Positions 1 to 9,255 of a stretch of DNA of 42,222 bases are shown piece after piece. Location of the stretch: NCBI GenBank assembly GCA_964560615.1, contig CAZLMT010000007.1, positions 1 to 42,222 of the forward strand, read 5' to 3'. The notes beneath the pieces are model-generated. The model searched no databases and was not told the origin of the DNA. It worked only from the letters and a program-made list of their open reading frames with translations. Position 1 is the stretch's first letter. Every line of letters begins with the position of its first letter. The position numbers and the translations under genes were made by a program. Source of the stretch: an uncultured Actinomyces sp. Its GTDB lineage: Bacteria > Actinomycetota > Actinomycetes > S36-B12.

Positions 1-106
<106 letters not shown>

Positions 107-133
107 AGCGAGTAAGTCGTAGCGACTGATAAA

Positions 134-163
134 AGAGCCCCGGCCAGTGGCCGAGGCTCTTTT
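134..163. terminator. bidirectional intrinsic terminator hairpin between asd and tRNA-Pro
   Basis: AGAGCC (134-139) pairs with GGCTCT (155-160) and CGGCC (141-145) with GGCCG (149-153), with a 3-nt loop. The stem is flanked by an A-run on the 5' side and TTT on the 3' side, so either strand reads as stem plus U-tract. This is a local AT-rich patch in GC-rich DNA. Confidence 0.65.
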
Positions 164-168
164 CGTTG

Positions 169-245
<77 letters not shown>

Positions 246-261
246 AGGGAGCCGGGGGAGT

Positions 262-1182
262 CTATCCCCCGGACGTGAGCGTCAGGAGCGTGGCCTCGGG
301 TGGGCAGGCGAAGCGGATCGGGGCATAGGGCGACGTGCCCAGGCCTGCGGATACGTGCAGCCACATGTCGGGTCGATCATGCGGGGCAAACTCCATGAGC
401 GGGCGCTCATGCTGCGAGAGCCCGCGGGCGCGGCCGCGGTCGAGGTCGCAGTTGGTGACCAGCGCACCGAATCCCGGCACCCGCACCTGGCCCCCGTGTG
501 TGTGCCCCGCCAGCATGAGGTCGACGCCATCGGCCGCCATCGCATCGACGACCCTCAGGTAAGGCGCGTGAGCGACGCCGATGGCGATATCGGCGTCATC
601 GCGGGGTGAGCCCGAAACACTCGCGTAGTCGTCCCGCTCGATATGGGGATCGTCGACGCCACGGATTTCTACGACGCGCCCACCCGCCTCGATGGCCGTG
701 CTCGCATTCGGCAGGTGCGCCCAGCTAGCGGAGGTGAGGCGCTCCACCAGATCCGGCCACGGGAGCTCGGGTCGATCGGGATGCAGGTCAGAAGGGCCGG
801 AGAAGTAACTGAAGGGATTGATGGGCCGCGGCGCGTAGTAGTCATTGCTGCCCAGCACGAAGGCGCCGGGTGTGGCGAGCAACGGGTCGAGTGCGGACAA
901 CACGGGATCCACGGCCTCACGGTGGGAGAGGAAGTCTCCTGTGACGACGACGAGGTCGGGGCGCAACTCCGCGAGTGATGCGACCCAGTCCTGCAGCCGA
1001 TGCCGCGACGGCGTCATGTGCAGGTCGGACAGGTGCAGGATCCGCAGGTCGGACTGACTCGAGGGAAGCGCCGGCACGGTCACGCGGCGTAGCCGGTAGG
1101 AGGCGGCCTCCCAGCGCGCGTAGGCGAGGGCTGCGGCGCCCAAGAGGGCACCGCCGCCGAGGAGCGCCGTACGCGTCTGCAC
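262..1182 (-). CDS. membrane-anchored metallophosphoesterase (calcineurin-like phosphoesterase)
   Basis: 306-aa ORF with an N-terminal hydrophobic helix. Motifs are LHLSDLH, TGDF, GSNDY and AGHTHGG. GTG start at 1182 and TAG stop at 262-264. It sits next to the PBP and whiB4 as in mycobacteria (Rv3683-like, recalled). Confidence 0.85.
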   Translation of the reverse strand: MQTRTALLGGGALLGAAALAYARWEAASYRLRRVTVPALPSSQSDLRILHLSDLHMTPSRHRLQDWVASLAELRPDLVVVTGDFLSHREAVDPVLSALDPLLATPGAFVLGSNDYYAPRPINPFSYFSGPSDLHPDRPELPWPDLVERLTSASWAHLPNASTAIEAGGRVVEIRGVDDPHIERDDYASVSGSPRDDADIAIGVAHAPYLRVVDAMAADGVDLMLAGHTHGGQVRVPGFGALVTNCDLDRGRARGLSQHERPLMEFAPHDRPDMWLHVSAGLGTSPYAPIRFACPPEATLLTLTSGG

Positions 1183-1238
1183 CTGGGAAGTGTGTCACCG
1201 GTGCGCGCCTGCCCAACCCACTGGGCGAGGATGGCCCC

Positions 1239-1700
1239 ATGAGCGCTCTCAAGGATCAACTGCAGTCTGACCTCACCACCGCTATCCGCGCCCAGGACGA
1301 ACTCACCATGGCGACCTTGCGCATGGCGCTGTCAGCGATCACCAACGCCGAGGTCTCGGGCAAGGAGGCCCGGGAGCTCAGCGACGATGAGGTGATGGTC
1401 GTGCTCACGAGCGAGGCCAAGAAGCGTCGTGAGGCGGCGGAGTCCTTCGACGGCGCCAGCGCCACGGATCGGGCCGACCGCGAGCGCGCGGAGCTCGGCG
1501 TGCTCCAGCGCTATCTCCCCGAGCAGTTGAGCGAGGACGAAATCAAGCAGATCGTGGCCGATGCCGTGGCGTCGGCTGCTGCTGACGGGAAGTCCGGACC
1601 CGCGGCGATGGGTGCGGTGATGAAGGTCGTCACGCCGCAGACACGCGGTCGCGCGGACGGCGGCCAAGTTGCCGCGCTGGTGAAGGCTGCGCTCGGCTGA
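1239..1700 (+). CDS. GatB/YqeY domain-containing protein
   Basis: An ATG at 1239 lies in frame within track ORF 975-1700. It reads MSALKDQLQSDLTTAIRAQDELTMATLRMALSAITNAEV...GKSGPAAMGAVMKVV, which is typical of the YqeY family. The upstream 88 codons of the track ORF overlap the divergent phosphoesterase gene and are Arg/Pro-rich junk. Confidence 0.85.
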   Translation: MSALKDQLQSDLTTAIRAQDELTMATLRMALSAITNAEVSGKEARELSDDEVMVVLTSEAKKRREAAESFDGASATDRADRERAELGVLQRYLPEQLSEDEIKQIVADAVASAAADGKSGPAAMGAVMKVVTPQTRGRADGGQVAALVKAALG

Positions 1701-1731
1701 GCGGAGCCGCCCGGGTGGTTGCCGCGCTCGG

Positions 1732-4062
1732 CTAGCCCGGCGCGGTCGGCTCAGGGCTCGGCTCGGGCGTGGGCTCGGGAGTCGGGGTTGGCTCTGGCGT
1801 CGGCTCAGGGGTCGGCTGCGGGCTCGGCTGCGGACCAGGACCCGGGCCCGGGGTGGGCTTCGGCTTCTTGGACTCCTCCGGCTTCGGCTCCTTGGACTCC
1901 TCCGGTTCGGGGAGCGGGAAGGGGATGTAGACCGGCGACGGCCCGACCCCGCGCACGGGCCCGACGCCCCAGTCGTTGAAGAGCTCGAAGGGCTGGGGTG
2001 TGAGGTTGGCGTGGGCGGCGATCATGGTGTCGCGCCAAATCGGGTTGGGGATCTGCCCACCGGTGACGTAGGAGTAGTACGTGCCGTTGATCGTGACGTC
2101 GGTCATCGGGTAGGCGAAGCCACCGCGCGGATCCCCGACCCACACTGCGGCGGCCATCTGGGGTGTGAATCCGGCAAACCAGATCGCCGCGTTGTCGTTG
2201 GTGCTGCCGGTCTTGCCGGCGGCTGGGCGGTCGGGCAGGGAGGCCGCGCTGCCGGTGCGGCCTTCGAAGGGGCCGTCGATGACGCTGGTGAGCACGCCGG
2301 TTACGGCATCGGCCACATCGCGTGAGACAACCTCGCGGCAGCGAGGATCCGGTACGTCGACGTCATTGCCGTAGCGATCCTTGATCTCCACGACGACGCG
2401 CGGTTCGCAGTACGTGCCGTGATTGGCGAAGGCGGCGTAGGCACCGGCCATGGAGAGGGGAGAGACCTCCATCGTGCCAAGGGAGAAGGTCGGCACGCGC
2501 TGAAGCGGATCTCCGGTGGCCAGGCGTACGCCCATCTCCTCGGCGATCTCCGCCTGGCGGCACAGGCCGAAGCGCTCGGCGAGGGTGACGAAGTAGGTGT
2601 TGGTCGAGAAGGCGGTCGCCTGGAACATGTTGAGGAAGCCCGAGGACCCGGAGTTGCGCACGGTGACGGAATCGAAGGCTGTCCCATCCGTGCAGTTGAC
2701 GAAGTTCTCGAAGGTCTTGGGATTGGGGGAGTCGATGCCCTCGGTGGGAGAGGCTCCCTGCTCCAGTGCAGCCGCGAGCGTGAAGACCTTGAATGTCGAG
2801 CCGGCCTGCATGCCGATGGTGCCGCCGAAGCCCTGGTCGACGTTGTAGTTGTACGTCGTCTTGCCTCGACCCTTGAGACCCCAGTCGCGGTTTTGCGCCA
2901 TCGCGATGACATTGCCCGTGCCGGGCTCCACGAGCGTGATGGCTGCAGCGCGCTGACTGGGATCCTTGGAGGGGATGTACGACGTCACGGCCGTCATGGC
3001 GGCGTCTTGCACATCGGGATCCAGTGTGGTGCGGATCGTGAGTCCGCCTCGACGCAGCAGTGCCTCGCGCTCGACGAGCGTCTCGCCGAATGCGGGGTCG
3101 GCCTTGATCATGCGGATGACGAAGTCGCAGAAGTAGGGGGCGTACGACGACGTGCACCCATTGGGCTGGAGTGAGGGATCGAGCACGCCCTCGAGGGGCA
3201 CGCGCGAGGCTGCGCTCGCCTCGATGGGGGTGATGAAGCCGGCCTCCGCCATCTCCCCGAGGACGAGGTTGCGCCTCTGCTCGGCCAGCTCCGGATTGCG
3301 CGTGGGGTCGAAGGCGGTGGGCTGCTGCACGATTCCCGCGAGGGTGGCGCTCTCCACCAGATCGAGCTCAGCGGCAGGCTTCGAGAAGTAGCGGCGGGAC
3401 GCTGCTTCGACGCCGTAGGCACCCGCTCCGAAGTAAACGATGTTGAGGTATCGCTCGAGGATTTCGTCCTTGGAGTAGCGCCGCTCGAGTGCGAGTGCGT
3501 AGCGAATCTCGCGGAGCTTGCGCGAGGGTGTGCGCGCGCGGGCTGCCTCCAACTCCTCCTCGTTGGACGCGCTCGCGATGAGGAGGTTCTTGACGTACTG
3601 CTGCGTGATGGTCGAGCCGCCCTGGGTGCTGCCGGTCTGCGTGCTGTTGGCGACGATCGCTCGCATGGTGCCGCGTAGATCGATTCCGGGGTGGTCAAGG
3701 AAGCGTCCGTCCTCGACCGCGACGATCGCCTGCCGCATGACCGGTGCCACGCCTGCAAGCGGGATCTCGACGCGATTTTGGTAGTAGATCGTGGCCATGA
3801 CCGAGCCGTCGCTGGCGAGGATGACCGAGCGCTCCGGTAGGTCGGGTGCGTCCAATTGGGAGGGCAGCGACTCGAAGCTGTCGATAGCACCTCGGGTGAG
3901 CAGTCCGGTGGCGGCCGCGACGGGCAGGACCATGGCCGCTGCGACAGCGCCCGCGACCATGGCGACAAGCAGGAAGAGTCCTAGGCGGCCGAGGGCGGCC
4001 AGGGGCCTTGCTGCCGCGCCGCTAGCCCGGGTGGGCTCAGGCGGCGGGTAGGGCTCTCTCAC
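1732..4062 (-). CDS. ponA: class A penicillin-binding protein (transglycosylase/transpeptidase) with Pro-rich C-terminal tail
   Basis: 776 aa with an N-terminal TM helix. GT51 motifs are EDGRFLDHPGID and RKLREI. Transpeptidase motifs are GSTFK and KTGST. The C-terminus is a PEPT/PKPEESK low-complexity tail. The GTG start at 4062 is preceded by GAGGAG. Confidence 0.92.
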   Translation of the reverse strand: MREPYPPPEPTRASGAAARPLAALGRLGLFLLVAMVAGAVAAAMVLPVAAATGLLTRGAIDSFESLPSQLDAPDLPERSVILASDGSVMATIYYQNRVEIPLAGVAPVMRQAIVAVEDGRFLDHPGIDLRGTMRAIVANSTQTGSTQGGSTITQQYVKNLLIASASNEEELEAARARTPSRKLREIRYALALERRYSKDEILERYLNIVYFGAGAYGVEAASRRYFSKPAAELDLVESATLAGIVQQPTAFDPTRNPELAEQRRNLVLGEMAEAGFITPIEASAASRVPLEGVLDPSLQPNGCTSSYAPYFCDFVIRMIKADPAFGETLVEREALLRRGGLTIRTTLDPDVQDAAMTAVTSYIPSKDPSQRAAAITLVEPGTGNVIAMAQNRDWGLKGRGKTTYNYNVDQGFGGTIGMQAGSTFKVFTLAAALEQGASPTEGIDSPNPKTFENFVNCTDGTAFDSVTVRNSGSSGFLNMFQATAFSTNTYFVTLAERFGLCRQAEIAEEMGVRLATGDPLQRVPTFSLGTMEVSPLSMAGAYAAFANHGTYCEPRVVVEIKDRYGNDVDVPDPRCREVVSRDVADAVTGVLTSVIDGPFEGRTGSAASLPDRPAAGKTGSTNDNAAIWFAGFTPQMAAAVWVGDPRGGFAYPMTDVTINGTYYSYVTGGQIPNPIWRDTMIAAHANLTPQPFELFNDWGVGPVRGVGPSPVYIPFPLPEPEESKEPKPEESKKPKPTPGPGPGPQPSPQPTPEPTPEPTPTPEPTPEPSPEPTAPG
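1858..1905. repeat. 24-bp tandem repeat (2 copies, 23/24 identical) inside the ponA tail
   Basis: cttcggcttcttggactcctccgg (1858-1881) is followed by cttcggctccttggactcctccgg (1882-1905). It encodes the duplicated PEESK(E/K)PK peptide on the minus strand. Confidence 0.85.
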
Positions 4063-4290
4063 GGGACTCCTCGGGGAAGGTGCGCTTCACCAGGGTAGGC
4101 GAGTGCTGCGCGGGAGTCTTGTCTCGCGCGGGTCAAAATCTGGGCAGGGTATGGCCCAAAAGAACCTATTGCGTTAGGGTCATCAGGACCTGTCTGACCA
4201 CCGGTGACCGGCGTAGCGTCCGGGCCCACTGGTGAAGCCACTGGGACCCGAGGGAAAGCCGTGCCGGACGGGGCGGCGGGAAGGTGAGGG

Positions 4291-4599
4291 ATGACCTGGT
4301 CGACGGAGTGGACCGCACGAGCGGCCTGCCGCACATCCGACCCTGACGCCCTCTTCGTCCAAGGAGCTGCCCAAAACCGCGCCAAGATCATCTGCCAGGG
4401 CTGCCAGGTGCGCACTGAGTGTCTCGCGGATGCACTCGACAACCGCGTGGAGTTTGGCGTGTGGGGCGGCATGACCGAGCGTGAGCGCCGCGCTCTGCTG
4501 CGTCGTCGTCCGCAGGTCACGTCATGGCGGCATCTCCTCCAGACCGCGCGCGAAGAGTACGAGCGCGCCGTCGGCTTCGACGTCTTCCGCGCGTCCTAG
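4291..4599 (+). CDS. whiB4: WhiB-family redox-sensing transcription factor, WhiB4-like
   Basis: 102 aa with four Cys (C-x22-C-x2-C-x5-C) and the GVWGGMTERERRALLRR turn. The core CRTSDPDALFVQGAAQ...ICQGCQVRTECLADALDNRVEFGVWGG closely resembles M. tuberculosis WhiB4 as I recall it. It is divergent from ponA, as in mycobacteria. GAAGGTGAGGG lies before the ATG. Confidence 0.88.
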   Translation: MTWSTEWTARAACRTSDPDALFVQGAAQNRAKIICQGCQVRTECLADALDNRVEFGVWGGMTERERRALLRRRPQVTSWRHLLQTAREEYERAVGFDVFRAS

Positions 4600-4605
4600 A
4601 TTCGC

Positions 4606-4657
4606 CCGGACCTTAACGCGGGCTTTAGTCGCCGGACCTCAATGCTGGCTTTGGCCG
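4606..4657. repeat. imperfect 26-bp tandem repeat (2 copies, 21/26) in the whiB4/ArsA-like convergent spacer
   Basis: ccggaccttaacgcgggctttagtcg (4606-4631) is followed by ccggacctcaatgctggctttggccg (4632-4657). A perfect 12-bp palindrome cgcgtcgacgcg follows at 4662-4673. Confidence 0.7.
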
Positions 4658-4777
4658 CCGCCGCGTCGACGCGACCAGTTAGCTCAGCTTCCTGACATCT
4701 GCCGCCCCCGAACTTTGGGACGAAAGCGCCGTGTAAGGCTGGTTTTGTCCCGGAGTTCGACACGCGGCGCGGCGCAA

Positions 4778-5926
4778 CTAGGGCGTCGGGCGAGCAGATG
4801 CGAGCAGCGTCCCGACCTCGCGCAGGCCTTCGAGGTCGTGGACGTCCTCGGCGAGTGCGTAGACCTCTGTCACCGGCACTCCGGGATGCGCGGCGGTGAA
4901 GCGCCGCGCCAGGCGCGCCTGCCGCTCGGCATTGCGCATGCGGTCGGCATGCAGTCGGAGCAGGGCCGCTGCGCGGGGATCCTCGTCCTGGAGTCGCTGG
5001 ACACCTGCCGTGGCCTCCTCCACGCTGAGCTCGGGTGCCCGAACCTCCTGGACCCGATTGAGCACCAGGCCCGCGAGCGGCATGCCGTCTTGCTCGAGCC
5101 GATCGACGAAGTAGGAGGCCTCGCGCAGGGCATCGCGCTCGGGCGCTGCGACGACGACGAAGGACGTCCCCGGGTCCTTGAGCAGGGCGTACGTCGCCTC
5201 CGCTCGCTCGCGGAAGCCGCCGAACATCGTGTCGACAGCGCCGACGAACGCCGCGAGGTCGGTGAGCAACTGCGCCCCGAGGATCTTCGTGAGTACGCCG
5301 GAGAACAGTCCGAGGCCAGCTCCGAGGATTTTGCCGAGGCCGCGACCCGCGCCGCGTGCGGGAGCGGTGAGGATCTTGATGAAGCGTCCGTCGAGGAAGG
5401 TGCCCAGCCGATCCGGGGCATCGAGGAAGTCCAGGGCCGAACGCGAGGGCGGGGTGTCGACGATGATGAGATCCCAGGTCCCGTCGCGATCCGCCTCGGA
5501 GCGCAATTGGCCGAGTTTCTCCATCGCCATGTACTCCTGCGTGCCCGCAAAGGATGACGACAGTGCTTGGTAGAAGGGGTTGTCGAGGATTGCCTGGGCG
5601 CGGTCCGGATCCGAGTGGGACTCCACGACCTCATCGAAGGTCCGCTTCATGTCGAGCATCATCGCGCTGAGGGAGCCGTCGCCGTCGACGCCGACGACGG
5701 GCCGGGGAGTGTTGTCAAGCTCGCTGAGGCCCATGGCCTGGGCGAGACGGCGCGCCGGATCGATCGTGAGCACGCACACGCGCCGACCCATCTCCGCGGC
5801 GCGCAGGCCTAGCGCTGCCGCCGTCGTGGTCTTGCCGACGCCACCCGAACCGCAGCAGACGATGATGCGCGTCTCGGGGTCGCGCAGGAGCTCATCCACA
5901 TCGAGCGAGGGGACGTCAGGCATCAC
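4778..5926 (-). CDS. ArsA/Get3-like P-loop ATPase (second of pair)
   Basis: 382 aa with Walker A CCGSGGVGKTT. It overlaps the upstream paralog's stop through GTGATG, so the start is GTG at 5926 or ATG at 5923. Rv3679/Rv3680-like pair (recalled). Confidence 0.85.
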   Translation of the reverse strand: MMPDVPSLDVDELLRDPETRIIVCCGSGGVGKTTTAAALGLRAAEMGRRVCVLTIDPARRLAQAMGLSELDNTPRPVVGVDGDGSLSAMMLDMKRTFDEVVESHSDPDRAQAILDNPFYQALSSSFAGTQEYMAMEKLGQLRSEADRDGTWDLIIVDTPPSRSALDFLDAPDRLGTFLDGRFIKILTAPARGAGRGLGKILGAGLGLFSGVLTKILGAQLLTDLAAFVGAVDTMFGGFRERAEATYALLKDPGTSFVVVAAPERDALREASYFVDRLEQDGMPLAGLVLNRVQEVRAPELSVEEATAGVQRLQDEDPRAAALLRLHADRMRNAERQARLARRFTAAHPGVPVTEVYALAEDVHDLEGLREVGTLLASARPTP

Positions 5927-6897
5927 GCCATCCCCTGCTCGTGCAGCATGTCGCCCAACTCGTACAGGGCCGCGAGATCGATGCCCCCTGCGAGGAAGGG
6001 CAGTTCGTACACCGGTCGGCCTAGCGCTGCGATGCGCGCTCGCTCCGTCTCCTCCAAAGTCACGCGGGCAGCGTGGTCGGCACCCTCAGCGCGCAGCGCT
6101 TCGACCACGCTTGGCGATGCTTGGATGCCGGCCGAACGCAGGGAGGCCTCCAGCTCCGGGGCATCGATCGATGTCAGTTCGGACATGGAGGGCAGGAGGG
6201 GTGGACGCGTCATGTTGACGACGATGCCCCCGACAGGGAGCGCGGCGTTCTCGAGCTCGGCGACTCCGTCGGCTGTCTCTTGCACCGGCATCTCCTCGAG
6301 CAGCGTCGTGAGATGCACCGCGGTCTTGTCTGAGCGCAGCACCGCCATGACCCCGTCCGCCTGATTGCGGATGGGTCCGACCTTGGCAACGCCGGCGATC
6401 TCGGTGTTGACGTTGAGGAAGCGCGTAATGCGTCCTGTCGGCGGGGCGTCTAGGACGATGGCGTCGTATGCACGCGCGTGCTTCTTGTCACGGCGGCGTA
6501 CCAACTCGACCGCCTTGCCGGTCAGCAGCACATCGCGCAGGCCCGGGGCGATGGTGGTGACGAAGTCCATCGCGCCCATGCGTCGCAGCACTCCGCCGGC
6601 GCGGCGCAGGTTGTAGAAGAGTTCGAGGTACTCCAGCAGAGCCTCTTCGGGGTCCACGGCGAGGCCCCAGACCTCGCCCCCGCCGGGCGCTGACGCGAGT
6701 TTGCGCTCCTCGTAGGGCAGCGGCGGCGTGTCGAAGAGTTGCGCCAGCCCCTGCCGACCCTCGACCTCCATGAGCATGACGTGGCGACCCTCGCGGGCCA
6801 GTGCCAGGGCGAGCGCGGCAGCGACTGTGGTCTTGCCGGTGCCGCCCTTGCCCGAGACCACGTGCAAGACCACGTCGGGCCAGTCGGTCGAGGGCAC
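5923..6897 (-). CDS. ArsA/Get3-like P-loop ATPase (first of pair)
   Basis: 324 aa with Walker A VSGKGGTGKTT and a GTG start at 6897. Its stop overlaps the start of the next gene. Confidence 0.85.
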   Translation of the reverse strand: MPSTDWPDVVLHVVSGKGGTGKTTVAAALALALAREGRHVMLMEVEGRQGLAQLFDTPPLPYEERKLASAPGGGEVWGLAVDPEEALLEYLELFYNLRRAGGVLRRMGAMDFVTTIAPGLRDVLLTGKAVELVRRRDKKHARAYDAIVLDAPPTGRITRFLNVNTEIAGVAKVGPIRNQADGVMAVLRSDKTAVHLTTLLEEMPVQETADGVAELENAALPVGGIVVNMTRPPLLPSMSELTSIDAPELEASLRSAGIQASPSVVEALRAEGADHAARVTLEETERARIAALGRPVYELPFLAGGIDLAALYELGDMLHEQGMA

Positions 6898-6951
6898 TGC
6901 CCGAGCCTAGTGCGCCGGTGCAGTGCGGCTGCGCCGTACTAGGGTCGGGCC

Positions 6952-7110
6952 ATGACCAAGTGGGAATACGCGACGGTGCCCCTGCTCATCCACGCGACCA
7001 AGCAGATCCTCGACACGTGGGGGGAGGACGGCTGGGAGCTCGTGCAGGTCGTGCCCGGCCCCAATGCCGAGAATATGGTCGCCTACCTCAAGCGATCCAA
7101 GGAGCAGTGA
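6952..7110 (+). CDS. DUF4177-like small protein (52 aa)
   Basis: Not in the ORF track because it is under 60 aa. From ATG 6952 it reads MTKWEYATVPLLIHATKQILDTWGEDGWELVQVVPGPNAENMVAYLKRSKEQ, with TGA at 7108-7110. The KWEY...GWELV...Y.KR pattern fits DUF4177. Its stop overlaps the next start through TGATG. Confidence 0.75.
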   Translation: MTKWEYATVPLLIHATKQILDTWGEDGWELVQVVPGPNAENMVAYLKRSKEQ

Positions 7111-7571
7111 TGTCGCACACCGCACGCCTTGCCGAGCTCGGCATCGTCATCCCCGAGGTCGTGCCGCCCGTCGCCGCGTATGTCCCCGCTGTCGTCACGG
7201 GCCGCTACGTCTACACCTCAGGCCAACTGCCCATGCGTGACGGAGCGATGATCGCGGAGGGCCTCGTGGGCTCCGATGTCGATCCCGAGACGGCCAAGGA
7301 TTGCGCTCGTCAGTGCGCGGTCAATGCGCTCGCCGCCGCGCAGAGTGCCATCGGCTCGTTGGATCGCGTGACCCGCGTCGTCAAGGTCGTGGGCTTCGTC
7401 GCGAGCGCGCCGGGCTTCACCGCACAGCCTGCGGTCATCAATGGCGCGAGCGAGTTGCTCCTGGAGATCTTCGGCGATGCCGGGCGGCACGCGAGGTCGG
7501 CCGTGGGCGTGGCCGCACTGCCTATCAACGCGCCTGTCGAGGTCGAGATGGTGCTGGAGGTCGCCGACTGA
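7110..7571 (+). CDS. RidA/YjgF-family protein
   Basis: An ATG at 7110 lies in frame in track ORF 6801-7571. It reads MSHTARLAELGIVIPEV...YVYTSGQLPM...VKVVGFV...ARSAVGVAALPINAPVEVEMVLEV, which matches the RidA (endoribonuclease L-PSP) family pattern. Confidence 0.85.
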   Translation: MSHTARLAELGIVIPEVVPPVAAYVPAVVTGRYVYTSGQLPMRDGAMIAEGLVGSDVDPETAKDCARQCAVNALAAAQSAIGSLDRVTRVVKVVGFVASAPGFTAQPAVINGASELLLEIFGDAGRHARSAVGVAALPINAPVEVEMVLEVAD

Positions 7572-7582
7572 GCGTCCCGCGC

Positions 7583-8443
7583 ATGCCCGCACAGGTGAGC
7601 GAACGTGCCCGCGCCCTGCTCACCGGGGAGTGGGAGGCCCCTCCCGTGCGTGACGCGTCGACCGTCGTCCTCCTGCGTGACGTGGGCGCGCTCGAGACCT
7701 ACCTCATGCGCCGTGCCACCACCATGGCCTTTGCGGCGGGAATGTACGTCTTCCCCGGCGGCCGCATCGACGATGCCGACAGCGAGTTGCCCGTGGCCTG
7801 GGTGGGGGAGCCGGTCAATGCCCACCGCATGACCGCGTCCGAGCGCCAGGCGCGCGCACTCCTCGTCGGAGCGGTGCGCGAGGTCTTCGAGGAGACCGGC
7901 GTACTCCTCGCCGTCGATGAGGTCGGCCGCACCCCTGTCGAAGACGATGCCTGGGAGGATGACCGCGCCGCAGTAGCCGACTCGAGCCGGGCTCTCGCCG
8001 AGGTATTCGAGAGGCGACGCCTGCGCCTCGACCCGGCTCTGCTTCCGCTGTGGACCCACTGGGTGACTCCCGAGGTGGAGTCCAAGAGATACGACGTGCG
8101 GTTCTTCGTCGCCGCCGTGCCACCCGGCCAGTGCGCGCGTGATGTCAGCGGCGAGGCTGACCAGGTCCTATGGACGACACCGGCGACAGCCCTCGGCGAC
8201 TACTCGCGAGGCCTGCTGCCCATGCTGCCGCCGACGGTCGCGACCCTGGCCGACCTGGCCGCGCTGTCTGATGTGGCCAGCGTGCTCGCGAGCGCAGCCG
8301 ATCGCGATGTGCGACCGCTCATGCCTCGTCCGCGATTCGACGAGGGCGGTGCCATCGCTTGGGATGTGATCGACGTGCGCGATGGTTCCGTGCTGGTGCG
8401 CCTGCCCGCCGAGCCGGCTGGATCTGAGGTAGCGGGCGCATGA
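7583..8443 (+). CDS. NUDIX hydrolase
   Basis: An ATG at 7583 lies in frame in track ORF 7301-8443. The Nudix box GG....REVFEETGVLL is present. The start is not supported by a clear SD, so the start coordinate is uncertain. Confidence 0.75.
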   Translation: MPAQVSERARALLTGEWEAPPVRDASTVVLLRDVGALETYLMRRATTMAFAAGMYVFPGGRIDDADSELPVAWVGEPVNAHRMTASERQARALLVGAVREVFEETGVLLAVDEVGRTPVEDDAWEDDRAAVADSSRALAEVFERRRLRLDPALLPLWTHWVTPEVESKRYDVRFFVAAVPPGQCARDVSGEADQVLWTTPATALGDYSRGLLPMLPPTVATLADLAALSDVASVLASAADRDVRPLMPRPRFDEGGAIAWDVIDVRDGSVLVRLPAEPAGSEVAGA

Positions 8444-9246
8444 GCGGCCTGCCCGTCATCGGATCCGATGCGCCCTGGTCCGGCGGTCCCTTCAGCGCGA
8501 CCGTCACCTGTGTCTTGGCGCCGAACCCCAGCCCCATGACCCTCGACGGGACAAACACCTGGCTGATCGGCCAACCCGGAGGCGCCACTGTGGTCATCGA
8601 CCCGGGTCCCGATGACGACGCGCACCTCCAGGCGATCGTCGATGCAGCCCAGGGCCGCGTCGTCCAGATCCTGCTCACGCACGGACATCCGGATCATGCC
8701 GAGGGCGCGCGACACCTCCACGAGATGACCGACGCTCCCGTGCGCGCCCTGGACCCGACTCACGTCCTCGGCGCAGAGGGTCTCGGTGCGGGTGACGTGG
8801 TCGTGGCCGGCAGTGACGAGATCCACGTGATCGCGACACCGGGGCATACCTCTGACTGCCTGAGCTTCCACCTCCCGCGCGATGGCGCGCTGCTCACCGG
8901 TGACACGGTGCTCGGGCGCGGCACCACGGTCGTCGCCTGGCCCGACGGCCATCTGGGCGACTACCTGGACTCGCTCGCGGCGCTGCGCTCACGAGCTGAG
9001 GCGAGTGAGGCCAGCGCGATCCTTCCCGGACACGGGCCCGTCCTCGCCGATCCCATCGCGGTCCTCGATGCCTATCTCGACCACCGCCGTGCCCGACTCG
9101 AGCAGGTGCGTGCTGCGGTCGCTGCCGGTGCGCGAACCCCGGACGAGGTCGTCGATGCGGTCTACGACGACATCCCCGAATCCGTGCGCTGGGCGGCCCT
9201 GCTGACCACGCGTGCCCAGCTCGCCTACCTCGATGGCCTCGGCTAA
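8440..9246 (+). CDS. MBL-fold metallo-hydrolase
   Basis: 268 aa with the HxHxDH motif LLTHGHPDHAEGA and later TPGHT. ATGA overlap with the NUDIX gene. TAA stop at 9244-9246. Confidence 0.88.
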   Translation: MSGLPVIGSDAPWSGGPFSATVTCVLAPNPSPMTLDGTNTWLIGQPGGATVVIDPGPDDDAHLQAIVDAAQGRVVQILLTHGHPDHAEGARHLHEMTDAPVRALDPTHVLGAEGLGAGDVVVAGSDEIHVIATPGHTSDCLSFHLPRDGALLTGDTVLGRGTTVVAWPDGHLGDYLDSLAALRSRAEASEASAILPGHGPVLADPIAVLDAYLDHRRARLEQVRAAVAAGARTPDEVVDAVYDDIPESVRWAALLTTRAQLAYLDGLG

Positions 9247-9255
9247 AGCCGGACG

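Noticed and set aside
975-1238. N-terminal extensions of track ORFs: 975-1700, 6801-7571, 7301-8443, 10680-11540, 11270-12718, 18107-19411, 24725-26101, 26457-27458, 28652-28948, 37949-39259.
   Set aside because: The extensions overlap the preceding gene and are Arg/Pro-rich. In each case an internal ATG or GTG sits at an ATGA/GTGA/TGATG overlap or behind a good Shine-Dalgarno sequence, where the family-typical N-terminus begins.
4642-4695. A 17-codon sORF (MLALAAAASTRPVSSAS) in the whiB4 downstream spacer.
   Set aside because: It has no SD, overlaps the repeat and palindrome, and is too short to support from sequence alone.
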